From the IMG/VR virus record IMGVR_UViG_3300048855_000044, positions 1 to 39,471 of that record: a DNA stretch of 39,471 nt. One strand, written 5' to 3'. This DNA comes from a virus (taxonomy: Duplodnaviria; Caudoviricetes). This document shows positions 19,388 to 27,137 of the stretch, piece by piece. The position numbers and the translations under genes were made by a program. The notes under the pieces were generated by a model. The model did no database searches and had not been told where the DNA came from. It saw only the letters and a program-made list of their open reading frames with translations. Every line of letters begins with the position of its first letter. The stretch's first letter is position 1.

Positions 19388-19732
19388 CTACGACTTCCTC
19401 CGCTCTACCTTCACAGCCCGGTCATCCCGGTGCAAGCAATGCTCACAGCTAAGTTTCTTGCACAACCATGCCTTGACCTGAGCCCACCAGGTGACGATGA
19501 AGAAATGACGAACGCCTGCGAGTGCGAGGCCGCCGTGGAAGGTGACACCGGCGACTGTGGGTGTGACGAAGAATGTCTCGGAACGCTGGATGATGGCGTA
19601 CCCGGCCAAGGCGATGACGGAGTAGATCAGCTTGCCAAATATCCCGTCCCGGACCCTACTGCTGAGCGCAGCCCAGATCGCCCACACCATGATGATTGCG
19701 ATGAAAACAGTGCTGAAGAACTGAGTATTCAC
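19388..19732 (-). CDS. Holin/antiholin-like membrane protein
   Basis: Three hydrophobic segments and a basic C-terminus; coupled to the upstream holin-like gene. Confidence 0.6.
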   Translation of the reverse strand: MNTQFFSTVFIAIIMVWAIWAALSSRVRDGIFGKLIYSVIALAGYAIIQRSETFFVTPTVAGVTFHGGLALAGVRHFFIVTWWAQVKAWLCKKLSCEHCLHRDDRAVKVERRKS

Positions 19733-20055
19733 TGGCTACCCCCTCCGAACTTCGAGCGGATGAGAGCCCAAAGGTCCGCTGCCTTGATTGCGCGGTTGAT
19801 GGCGGTCATCAGAGAGCCGCCAAATGTTCCTAACAGGAATCCGACACCGGCAACGCTTCCAGGGTCCACAATTGACAGGTAAGAACTCACCATTCCCGTG
19901 AGATACAGTGCGCAGGCCACGCCGGTGACGATGAAGATGACCCAGGCGCGCCAGTCGGCCAGGTCTTCCCGGTGCCACCAGCTTGCGACGATGGTCCCGA
20001 TAAACCCGGCAACTATTACGTCAAGCTTATCGAACATGCGTGCAACGAACTCCAT
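19729..20055 (-). CDS. Putative holin
   Basis: 108 aa with about three TM helices; GGAGG RBS; first gene of the late region. Confidence 0.7.
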   Translation of the reverse strand: MEFVARMFDKLDVIVAGFIGTIVASWWHREDLADWRAWVIFIVTGVACALYLTGMVSSYLSIVDPGSVAGVGFLLGTFGGSLMTAINRAIKAADLWALIRSKFGGGSQ

Positions 20056-20130
20056 GTTCGACCTCCGGCGCTTTGATGCGAGAATTTGGTTTCATTGATT
20101 CGCCATTAGGCGTGATTGCGTCATGCCATC

Positions 20131-20158
20131 AGCCTATGTGACTCAACGCCGCTCACAA
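20131..20158 (-). promoter_or_regulatory. Late-type promoter copy 4 (TTGTGA-16-TAGGCT) driving holins-terS
   Basis: Minus strand reads TTGTGA GCGGCGTTGAGTCACA TAGGCT. Confidence 0.7.
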
Positions 20159-20161
20159 CCC

Positions 20162-20190
20162 TTGCGGTGCCTCAACGAGTCACATGGACT
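20162..20190 (+). promoter_or_regulatory. Degenerate divergent copy of the late promoter motif
   Basis: TTGCGG-17-TGGACT with AGTCACA abutting the -10 position; back-to-back with copy 4. Confidence 0.45.
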
Positions 20191-20219
20191 ACGCCTTCAT
20201 CCAATCGGGGGAAAACCAC

Positions 20220-20486
20220 ATGACTGCGAAACCAATCATCGGCTCTATGCGTGACTCTGCTTACATGGCCGTTACCGAGACGCTGGGCTTGGCCGGTGAG
20301 GCCATGGAGAAACGTGATACGGATCTCCTGCTGGTGATCAGCCTGTCAGGCAGTAATCAGAATGCCGTTCTCGGCGGCACACTCACCGCTGACCGCATCG
20401 CGGCTTTGGAGAACCTGCTGTCCGAGCTTGCGCGACGGGCTCAGAACGAGGGCGACGGCGACCGGGTTCTCCACGTCTGGCGTTAA
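20220..20486 (+). CDS. Hypothetical protein divergent from the late operon
   Basis: Start reassigned to MTAKPIIG (GGGGGA RBS); 88 aa. Confidence 0.6.
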   Translation: MTAKPIIGSMRDSAYMAVTETLGLAGEAMEKRDTDLLLVISLSGSNQNAVLGGTLTADRIAALENLLSELARRAQNEGDGDRVLHVWR

Positions 20487-20743
20487 GCGTGCATCCTCCA
20501 GCCCGACATGAAGGTGCTGCGTCTCAGTTCTGGGGCCAGCGCCTCGGTCCAGTTGTCTCCCCTCAAGCGCCGCATCTTCACCGTCTGCCATTTCAACCCC
20601 CGGCGCGCAGCCCATTCAGCCGCCGGCAGCGTTACCCCGTCTAGTTTCACCGGAGTGGCACCAGCACAGACTGTGCTGCGGATCGGTGCCCGTGGAATGC
20701 GCACCACTACTGCAGTAAAGTCGAGTGACATCTGCTCGCTCAT
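20483..20743 (-). CDS. Small DNA-binding protein (HNH-associated HTH-like); candidate late regulator
   Basis: LDGVTLPAAEWAARRGLKWQTVKMRRLRGDNWTEAL resembles the DNA-binding modules of HNH homing endonucleases; occupies the position of Q; GGAG RBS. Confidence 0.55.
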   Translation of the reverse strand: MSEQMSLDFTAVVVRIPRAPIRSTVCAGATPVKLDGVTLPAAEWAARRGLKWQTVKMRRLRGDNWTEALAPELRRSTFMSGWRMHA

Positions 20744-20807
20744 ATCTGCTCCGCAGGCCCAATAAGGGCCTCTCCGCTGGTTGATACTCTTATGGGCTCG
20801 ACAGTAG

Positions 20808-21170
20808 TCACGCAGCCTCCCCCACTACAGGCTTGATTCGTACCCGCACAGCGCCGCCCTTGATCGTTTCGTCGCTTACCCGTATTTGAGTGGCGAAAAG
20901 GTTGTCATCGATGCCCAGAGCGTCAGCAACGCCGTCACGACCCGACTTGAATGCGGCGACGAGGTTGTCGTCGTCCCGGCGACGGCGATCGGGAGGCAGA
21001 AACTCCAGCGACAGGATGACCTGGCCGTCCGGGCGGGGCAGGCGTGCGCTCTTGGTCAACACGTAGCACTCGGAGCGGTACCGCTTCGCCGCCCTGCTCT
21101 TCTTGCTCCAATGGCCGCGCGCGTTAGGGCTGCATTCGGCCGGCGGCCATGGCAATAGCAGGTCCGTCAT
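20808..21170 (-). CDS. rusA: RusA-like Holliday junction resolvase
   Basis: LPWPP..SPN, PPDRRRRDDDN, DGVADALGIDD motifs. Confidence 0.8.
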   Translation of the reverse strand: MTDLLLPWPPAECSPNARGHWSKKSRAAKRYRSECYVLTKSARLPRPDGQVILSLEFLPPDRRRRDDDNLVAAFKSGRDGVADALGIDDNLFATQIRVSDETIKGGAVRVRIKPVVGEAA

Positions 21171-21466
21171 GCTGCGACCACTCCTTCGCTAATCAGGTTG
21201 TCGTTTGTACGAATGACACCCTCTGCGTGGTACAGGCGCATTTCGTCACGCGGCATGTCGTACCGCGCGCGGCCGTCGATGCGGTCGTGGCACCAGGCGC
21301 AGCACCATGCACCTTGCAGGTTGTTCGGTTTGATACCCATGCCGCAGGTGCCTGCCAGCCGGTAATGCGCGAGGACGGTCGTTTCAGTGTCGTTTGGGCA
21401 GCCCGGCAGGCGCACCATACAATCCCGGCCGCGCGCCGCTTTGGTGAGTTTTGTCTGCTTCGCCAT
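21167..21466 (-). CDS. DUF1364/YbcO-family nuclease-like protein
   Basis: Start reassigned to MAKQTKLTKAARGRDCMVRLPGC; ETTVLAH and CAWCHDRIDGR motifs. Confidence 0.8.
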   Translation of the reverse strand: MAKQTKLTKAARGRDCMVRLPGCPNDTETTVLAHYRLAGTCGMGIKPNNLQGAWCCAWCHDRIDGRARYDMPRDEMRLYHAEGVIRTNDNLISEGVVAA

Positions 21467-21567
21467 CACATCTGCCCCCATTGGAACTCGAGGCATAGCT
21501 CGGGATGTTGGTAGGCCTGAGCCATGAAGGCGGTGAAGCGGCTGGCGGTCCTGATGAGGGCCTTCAT
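21466..21567 (-). CDS. Small hypothetical protein (33 aa)
   Basis: MKALIRTASRFTAFMAQAYQHPELCLEFQWGQM; start and stop overlap both neighbours. Confidence 0.55.
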   Translation of the reverse strand: MKALIRTASRFTAFMAQAYQHPELCLEFQWGQM

Positions 21568-22034
21568 GCTGCGGCCTCCCCGAGCAAATCGCTGAACACC
21601 ACACCGGTAGCCGAGAATTCAGCCACGATGCGGTCGGTGTACGCGATGCCCTGGGCGCGATTGAACAGCCGCGTCACCGGGAACCCGTCCGGACCGAACA
21701 GCTTGCACGCGCCCATCAGGTCGAGCTTTTCCTCGTAGGACAGGTGCTTCATGGTGCGGAACCAGCTCGCATTGAAGTCCACGTCTTCTGCGTTGAGGAT
21801 CGCCACGCCGTGATGCAGCTTGCAGTACCGGCGCGCATCCTCGACGTCGCCGATCGGCGTCATTTCTGCGATGCGCTGGTACAGCGCGAACCAAAGCGCG
21901 TTCTGGTCAAGCGTGCGGTCCTTGCCGGGGCGAAGGGACACGACGACATACTTCTTGTCGCGGAACATCGCTGTGAGGCTGGTGATGGCCTGGGTGAGCT
22001 TGGCTTGGCTGTTGACGCTGATCTTGTCAGTCAT
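21564..22034 (-). CDS. NinB-like protein
   Basis: RTLDQNALWFA motif; nin-region position. Confidence 0.65.
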   Translation of the reverse strand: MTDKISVNSQAKLTQAITSLTAMFRDKKYVVVSLRPGKDRTLDQNALWFALYQRIAEMTPIGDVEDARRYCKLHHGVAILNAEDVDFNASWFRTMKHLSYEEKLDLMGACKLFGPDGFPVTRLFNRAQGIAYTDRIVAEFSATGVVFSDLLGEAAA

Positions 22035-22351
22035 GACAGGCGCTCCTCAACTAGAGCTCGCATAGGGCTGCCCTGAAGGTGCTTGCGCTTCAAGTAGTCC
22101 ATCGCCTGTGCTGCCAAGTCGTCGTTCGGCGCGGCCTTGCCGAGGCGGTGGACGAGTTTCTTGGTCATGGCGCTCAAGTCGTCCACTACCCCAGCCAGCT
22201 CACGAACCTCTCCAGCTCGCTGGGCGTGCTTGCAGGACAGGCAGTAGATGGTTTCACTGTCAATGACGCTTTCGTTTCTCCACTTGGCGGCTTCAGCGCG
22301 CAGGACGGCGTTTTCGGATTTCAGCCGCTCGATGATCTCTTGATCAGTCAT
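22031..22351 (-). CDS. Hypothetical coiled-coil protein
   Basis: 106 aa; coupled in the operon. Confidence 0.65.
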   Translation of the reverse strand: MTDQEIIERLKSENAVLRAEAAKWRNESVIDSETIYCLSCKHAQRAGEVRELAGVVDDLSAMTKKLVHRLGKAAPNDDLAAQAMDYLKRKHLQGSPMRALVEERLS

Positions 22352-22826
22352 GGCTGCTCTCCTTACTCATGGCTGACAAGATGTCGTCTAGATACCCTGT
22401 TGCCATACTTGGCTGACTGCCGGCGGCATTCCGCAGCTGTTGCACGAATTCGGCTGCCTTTTCCATGCGCTCGGCATCCTTGCGCAGCGCCTCGATCTCT
22501 TCACGGCGGCGCTCAGCCAGCACTGCGAACTCTTCTCCGTATCTGCGCAGCGCCTCGTTCTCGGCCTTGAGCTGGTCGCGCTCGTTGGTCAGCGACAGGA
22601 TGCTGTCACCGCCTTCGAAGTGATCTTGGTACTGTCGGATGGTCTCGGATTGCCTGCCGTTCACGCGCTCTAGCCGTTCGATCTCCGCAAGCAGGGCCAG
22701 CAGCGTTTCCGGTGTTGCCACCTTCAAGTATTCATATCTGCACAGCGCGCCCATTCTCGGATCTGATGAGGTGATCTCAATCAGGCGCTGCGCCTCGGCC
22801 TTGAGCTTCGCTTTGTCGATGGTCAT
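22344..22826 (-). CDS. Ead/Ea22-like protein
   Basis: Start reassigned to MTIDKAKLKA; ATPETLLALLAEIERL motif followed by a coiled coil. Confidence 0.7.
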   Translation of the reverse strand: MTIDKAKLKAEAQRLIEITSSDPRMGALCRYEYLKVATPETLLALLAEIERLERVNGRQSETIRQYQDHFEGGDSILSLTNERDQLKAENEALRRYGEEFAVLAERRREEIEALRKDAERMEKAAEFVQQLRNAAGSQPSMATGYLDDILSAMSKESSHD

Positions 22827-23071
22827 GGCTTCACCCCGCGATAAGCGCGGACGCCAGCAGCGATGGTCTCGCCGAAAACCATCCAGACGACCCAAGCGGC
22901 AACCAGCGACCACAGAGCCCAATCTGGCAAGAACGAAATACCCAAGATGACCGGCACAGCTATCACTGCGGCGACCAGCCCCAGGATGACCATTACAAGC
23001 AGAATGCCCAGCTCGCGCTTGGCGTTTTTCTTCACGGCAGCCCATGCGGCCCGCATTTTGACGTTGCTCAT
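22823..23071 (-). CDS. Small two-TM membrane protein
   Basis: 82 aa with two hydrophobic helices; ATGA overlaps at both ends. Confidence 0.7.
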   Translation of the reverse strand: MSNVKMRAAWAAVKKNAKRELGILLVMVILGLVAAVIAVPVILGISFLPDWALWSLVAAWVVWMVFGETIAAGVRAYRGVKP

Positions 23072-23739
23072 TGCGCAGCTCCCTTGCCCATGTGTGATTG
23101 ACGACCCCGGCGAAGCTCGGCCAGCGCCCTGTTTCCGATTTCAGGCGTCATTCGCCCGTCTACCCGGCTGGGCAGCGCGAGCGGGATGTTGCGCAGCGGC
23201 TTGCCTTCCAGGATCAGTCGGATGGTGATTTCGTAGTTGCGGTCGAACAGCTTTCGGCTGGCGTCGGCCGGCAACCGGCTCAGCGCGTGAAAGCCAGACT
23301 GCGACGCAGCGTGGTACACGGCCTGGTGAGACCACTTGCGGCCGCCGACCATGCTCGGGTGAGCGTTGGTTACTGCTTCGGCGTAGGCGGCGTCGTGGGA
23401 CGGTATGCCGAGCATTTCAGGCGTTGGCTGGCACATGGCAATGAACTCACCAGCACTCGGCGCGAAAGGCCTCTGCAGCGCGCGGCAGGCCTCGATGCCG
23501 AAACGGATCTGCTCGATCTGGTTGATGCCCTGAGCCATGAACGCTTTGATCCAGCTGCGCTTGGCGGCTTTGAGCGTGTCGTCATCCGGCCAAGCCTGTT
23601 TCCACGCGGGGAAGATGGCCCGCAATTCGCGGAACAGCGCGTTCACCACTTCGCCGGTCCCTGCGTCGATCTTGCGCGGGGCAGTCTCCACGGCGTGCAG
23701 GTTGCCCATGTTCGCCATAAGGTCGTTGACGGGTTTCAT
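23068..23739 (-). CDS. Replication protein P-like (helicase loader)
   Basis: LFRELRAIFPAW, AKRSWIKAF and PFAPSAGEFIAMC motifs; follows the initiator gene. Confidence 0.85.
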   Translation of the reverse strand: MKPVNDLMANMGNLHAVETAPRKIDAGTGEVVNALFRELRAIFPAWKQAWPDDDTLKAAKRSWIKAFMAQGINQIEQIRFGIEACRALQRPFAPSAGEFIAMCQPTPEMLGIPSHDAAYAEAVTNAHPSMVGGRKWSHQAVYHAASQSGFHALSRLPADASRKLFDRNYEITIRLILEGKPLRNIPLALPSRVDGRMTPEIGNRALAELRRGRQSHMGKGAAQ

Positions 23740-24506
23740 CAGAGCGCTCCAAGGTCGTGAGACCAGGACGTGTCGTCAAAGTCTGGACCGTTCGCCTGGC
23801 GACGAGGTGGGAACGGGTGGACGTTCGTCGACACGGTGACCTCATCTTCCCAGCGCTTGCCATTGAGCCAGGTAGCCGGGTGGGGGATGAACTGCCCGTC
23901 GTCCTTCGTCCATGCAGGTGACACGCACTGTTTGCCCAGACCCTTGGTGATCAGGGCGAACAGTTCGTCAGTGACCTTGAGCTTTTTCCAAGCCTTCTCG
24001 GCGGCTGCCTTGCCCTTCTTGTTCGGGTAGAGCTTCCAGAACTGGGGGAACAGATCGTCCGCCGCAGGCGTAGTGCTTTTAGTGTTCTTATCTGTATATG
24101 TATCTATATGGTTGGCGTTTCGTTGCAACGGATCGTCAACGGTCGTTGAACGGTCGTTGACGTTCTGTTGTTTTTGCAGGGCTTTTGCACGCGCTGAAGC
24201 CTTCCCCGCGTTCGATGCGGTCTGAACCTTGCTGTTGACCGCGTCCAGATCAGACTCAACACGGAACTGAATCCAGTGTGTATCGGTCACGTGGAAGAAC
24301 TCGCTCAACGTCTCGGCAACGGAAGGCCAACGTTCGTTGGGAATGCGTGCGACAGTCGCAAGACGGTCGATGCGCAACGGCTTGCCTGTTTGCCAATAGC
24401 TGAACAGCAGCAGCATGTAAGCACCGTGCTCTTCAGTGGTCAGGTGCGAGGTGTCGGCCAGGTAGTCGGCGACGTAAAACTGCATGTACGGAAGAGCAGC
24501 CATCAC
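23739..24506 (-). CDS. Replication initiator, DUF1376/YdaU family
   Basis: PYMQFYVADYLADTSHLTTEEHGAYMLLL at the N-terminus; FWKLYPNKKGK...HPATWLNGKRWED at the C-terminus. Confidence 0.85.
   Translation of the reverse strand: MMAALPYMQFYVADYLADTSHLTTEEHGAYMLLLFSYWQTGKPLRIDRLATVARIPNERWPSVAETLSEFFHVTDTHWIQFRVESDLDAVNSKVQTASNAGKASARAKALQKQQNVNDRSTTVDDPLQRNANHIDTYTDKNTKSTTPAADDLFPQFWKLYPNKKGKAAAEKAWKKLKVTDELFALITKGLGKQCVSPAWTKDDGQFIPHPATWLNGKRWEDEVTVSTNVHPFPPRRQANGPDFDDTSWSHDLGAL
24085..24165. repeat. Putative replication origin: iterons plus an AT-rich tract
   Basis: Tandem 11-mers CAACGGATCGT/CAACGGTCGTT/GAACGGTCGTT next to TTATCTGTATATGTATCTATATG inside the initiator gene, as in lambda ori. 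Confidence 0.65.
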
Positions 24507-25309
24507 GCGACCCCCTTAAGTGCTTTGTCATGGGTGTGAAGGCCGTTCCAGTTCTTTTTCATGGGCAGCTCGCCTGCCAGATAGAGCTCGTACAGGCGAA
24601 CAGAGCCTTTGCGCAGCAGGACTGGCGTATAGGAGATAAAAGGGTCTTTGCCGTGCGGCGTGACTTCGTGCTGGTGCTCGGTCATGTACTTGTCGCGGGC
24701 GTACGAAGCCACACGCCAGCGCAGGCCGGTCTTGCTCTCGTTGTAGAGCCAGCTCCGCCCTTCCAGGTAGTTGCCAATCTGCATGACGTTCACGCCGTTC
24801 AGGCCTTTGCAGAACTGAGGCGCGCTCATACCTTCCTTGAACAGGTTTTCAAGTTGCTCGATCTTCGCGGCCTGGGCTCCCACTTGGAACGTCAGCAGCA
24901 CGCGGGCCTTCTCGGATTCGAGGGCCATCTGGAGGATTTCCAGAGTGCTGAGCTCTTTCGGACCTGTCAGCGCGTTGAGCTTGGCGACGACTGAGCGGCG
25001 CACCGCCTTAGATTCACGCATCGATACCAGCATGCACTGGTCACGGCTCAGCAACAGGCCTTCAGATGCCGGGCCGCGCGGATTCCTTACTACGAAAGTT
25101 TCGTAGTATTCGCCTTCCAGCTCGTCGCGGCAGCGCGCGGTGAAATCAGCGCGGCGAACTTCGCTTTCACCAAATTCCTGCCGAGCAGCATTGACCAGGT
25201 CCAGAAGATCGAAGCTGCTCATCGAATCTGTGCGCGCCACGAAATCGTGGTTCGCATTTTGTGGCGCGGGCCGGTTCAGGGCCTGTACATAATTGTTCAA
25301 GGTATGCAT
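24503..25309 (-). CDS. Phage antirepressor (KilAC-like C-terminal domain)
   Basis: Start reassigned to MHTLNNYV; MSS..L N-terminal domain, LSTLEILQMALESEK linker and an ANT-like C-terminus. Confidence 0.7.
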   Translation of the reverse strand: MHTLNNYVQALNRPAPQNANHDFVARTDSMSSFDLLDLVNAARQEFGESEVRRADFTARCRDELEGEYYETFVVRNPRGPASEGLLLSRDQCMLVSMRESKAVRRSVVAKLNALTGPKELSTLEILQMALESEKARVLLTFQVGAQAAKIEQLENLFKEGMSAPQFCKGLNGVNVMQIGNYLEGRSWLYNESKTGLRWRVASYARDKYMTEHQHEVTPHGKDPFISYTPVLLRKGSVRLYELYLAGELPMKKNWNGLHTHDKALKGVA

Positions 25310-25348
25310 AATCGGCCTCAGAGATGATTTACTCCTGCAGTGCTGAAG

Positions 25349-25374
25349 AAGCCCGGTTGCCGCCGGGCTTTTTT
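25349..25374. terminator. Hairpin terminator, possibly bidirectional (T-tract on +)
   Basis: AAGCCCGG-TTGCCG-CCGGGCTT then TTTT on +; TTCTTC follows the stem on -. Confidence 0.65.
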
Positions 25375-25397
25375 GTGCCTGCAATTTGGTGGTCAAG

Positions 25398-25646
25398 CTA
25401 TTCAAGGGCTTCATCAGTCCTTCCCCCTCCCTTTTCAGGGACTCCCGAGTCCCTTGCGGGCTCTCGTCTTGCTACTGGCAGATGCCGGATCTTCCCGGCA
25501 CCCTTTGGCCTGGTCTTTTCGAAGATGCGTTCGCTTCCAAGCTTTGCGGCGTACTGACCTGGCGTCATTCCTGCTGCCTTTGCCAACCGTTCAAGCTTTT
25601 CGTAGAGCCGCCTCTCGATGCCGTGGCATATCGTGGTTTCAGGCAC
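25398..25646 (-). CDS. Small RHH-like regulator
   Basis: GTG start with GAAGGAGG RBS; (M)PETTICHGIERRLYEKLERLAKAAGMTPGQYAAKL. Confidence 0.6.
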   Translation of the reverse strand: MPETTICHGIERRLYEKLERLAKAAGMTPGQYAAKLGSERIFEKTRPKGAGKIRHLPVARREPARDSGVPEKGGGRTDEALE

Positions 25647-25666
25647 TGCGGGCCTCCTTCCGGACT

Positions 25667-25858
25667 TCAAGCCGATTGCTGGGTAACGCTAAGATCTTGC
25701 TCAACGATGCTTTCCAGTTTTTCTTCCACGCACATCCGCACAAACACAGCCAGTTGCAGCTTGTGCAGGCGCGCTACGGCCTTGAGCGCTTCGTAGGTCT
25801 CGTCGTCGTACCGAGACTTGATCTCGCGGTCCTTCAGGTGGCGAGGTTCGTCGTACAT
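25667..25858 (-). CDS. Small RHH-like regulator (cII position)
   Basis: Start reassigned to MYDEPRHLKDREIKSRYDDETYEALKAVA; AGGAG RBS. Confidence 0.7.
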   Translation of the reverse strand: MYDEPRHLKDREIKSRYDDETYEALKAVARLHKLQLAVFVRMCVEEKLESIVEQDLSVTQQSA

Positions 25859-25887
25859 TTGTTGCTCCTGTTGCGGTTGAAGTGGGT

Positions 25888-26127
25888 TTAAGCAGCTGAT
25901 TTTTTCGGATGGGCTTCGGCCAAAAGCCATGACGCTTCGAAAGGCTTTCCATTCGCTGCGGCCAAAGCAGAAATGCGCTCTGCGTAGCGCGTTTCGCCTG
26001 TGTATTCCGTGCGCGGCAGGCATTCGGCAGTCAGCCATTTGTAAACAGCCCGCGGCGTCTTCCCGCAGGCCAGGGCAACCACCGGAACGCCGCCGGCGTC
26101 ATCAATCGATTTCTTAAGCGGGCTCAT
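25888..26127 (-). CDS. cro: Cro-like repressor
   Basis: 79 aa HTH (AGGVPVVALACGKTPRAVYKW) divergent from cI; GGAGG RBS. Confidence 0.85.
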   Translation of the reverse strand: MSPLKKSIDDAGGVPVVALACGKTPRAVYKWLTAECLPRTEYTGETRYAERISALAAANGKPFEASWLLAEAHPKKSAA

Positions 26128-26146
26128 GTGGCCTCCGGGTCAAATA

Positions 26147-26218
26147 TGAACTTGCAGTACATATTATGTCGGAACTGAAAGTACATGCAAGGGCATGCGA
26201 TATTGAACCTATGGTTCA
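26147..26218. promoter_or_regulatory. OR region: three 15-bp operators TGWAC-N5-GTWCA with PR/PRM
   Basis: TGAACTTGCAGTACA (26147), GGAACTGAAAGTACA (26171) and TGAACCTATGGTTCA (26204); TTGCAT...CATAAT on the minus strand toward cro. Confidence 0.8.
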
Positions 26219-27089
26219 GATAGAAGATATCCGCGCGGGATTCGTGTCGCGCCTAAAGAAATCCTTGGCCGCCCATGGCATCGATCAATGGGGGGCTGGT
26301 GCGCGCCTCGCTGAAATCGCCAAAGTCACACCGAAGGCGTCGAGTAAGTGGCTAAACGGTGAGTCAATGCCTGGGCCAGCGAAAATGCAGTCCATTGCCG
26401 ATGCCCTCCAGGTCAAAGTCGAATGGCTGCAGCACGGCGCAGGCGAAGGCCCTGCCTCGTCTCGACTAGCTGATACGGCGCAGCCGAGAGCTGAGACCCT
26501 GCACACGGCGTCCGACCTTGTTCGCGATATGCTTTCTCGGCAGGGTAAGGCACTGTCTGCGGCTGCGCGCACCAGATTACTCGCAGCCGCAGAAGAAGCC
26601 GATAGCCCCGCTCAGCTGGATGCGACCTACTTGCCCTCCGCCTATTCAAATTTGCGCCCCCGAAAAGAGGAGATCGTCATTCCTCAGTACGACGTACGCG
26701 GCGCAATGGGGCATGGCCAGGTGCCGGCTGACTACAACGAGGCCGTTCGCAACCTTGTTGTGCGCGAGGAAATTCTTCGAGAGAAAGGCGTCACCTACAC
26801 CTCCCCTACAGCTCTGGCAATGATCACCGGCTGGGGTCAGAGTATGGAGGGCACGATCAACGACAAGGACCTGGTGATCGTGGATCGCGGTATCAACGAG
26901 TTCATCGGCGAAGGTATCTACGTAGTCACATGGCATCAGGAGCTATATATCAAACGCATTCAGCGCCTGGATGATAATCATTTCAGACTGATTTCCGACA
27001 ATGAACGCTATGAAAACCAAACAGCTCGGACAGACGACCTGACTATCCACGCTAAGGTTCTCTTCGTATGGAGCGGCAAGAGACTTTGA
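26211..27089 (+). CDS. cI: CI-like repressor (XRE HTH plus S24 autopeptidase)
   Basis: HTH (ARLAEIAKVTPKASSKWLNG); catalytic GQSM and IKR motifs; start placed at MVQIEDIR. Confidence 0.92.
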   Translation: MVQIEDIRAGFVSRLKKSLAAHGIDQWGAGARLAEIAKVTPKASSKWLNGESMPGPAKMQSIADALQVKVEWLQHGAGEGPASSRLADTAQPRAETLHTASDLVRDMLSRQGKALSAAARTRLLAAAEEADSPAQLDATYLPSAYSNLRPRKEEIVIPQYDVRGAMGHGQVPADYNEAVRNLVVREEILREKGVTYTSPTALAMITGWGQSMEGTINDKDLVIVDRGINEFIGEGIYVVTWHQELYIKRIQRLDDNHFRLISDNERYENQTARTDDLTIHAKVLFVWSGKRL

Positions 27090-27137
27090 CGTGTTCCTCG
27101 CGCACCTATTACAAGCCACGTAAAAAAGAGAATTGCA

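Noticed and set aside
24092-24107. LexA-like half site CTGTATATGTATCTAT
   Set aside because: It lacks the ACAG half and is intragenic; better explained as the origin AT-rich tract.
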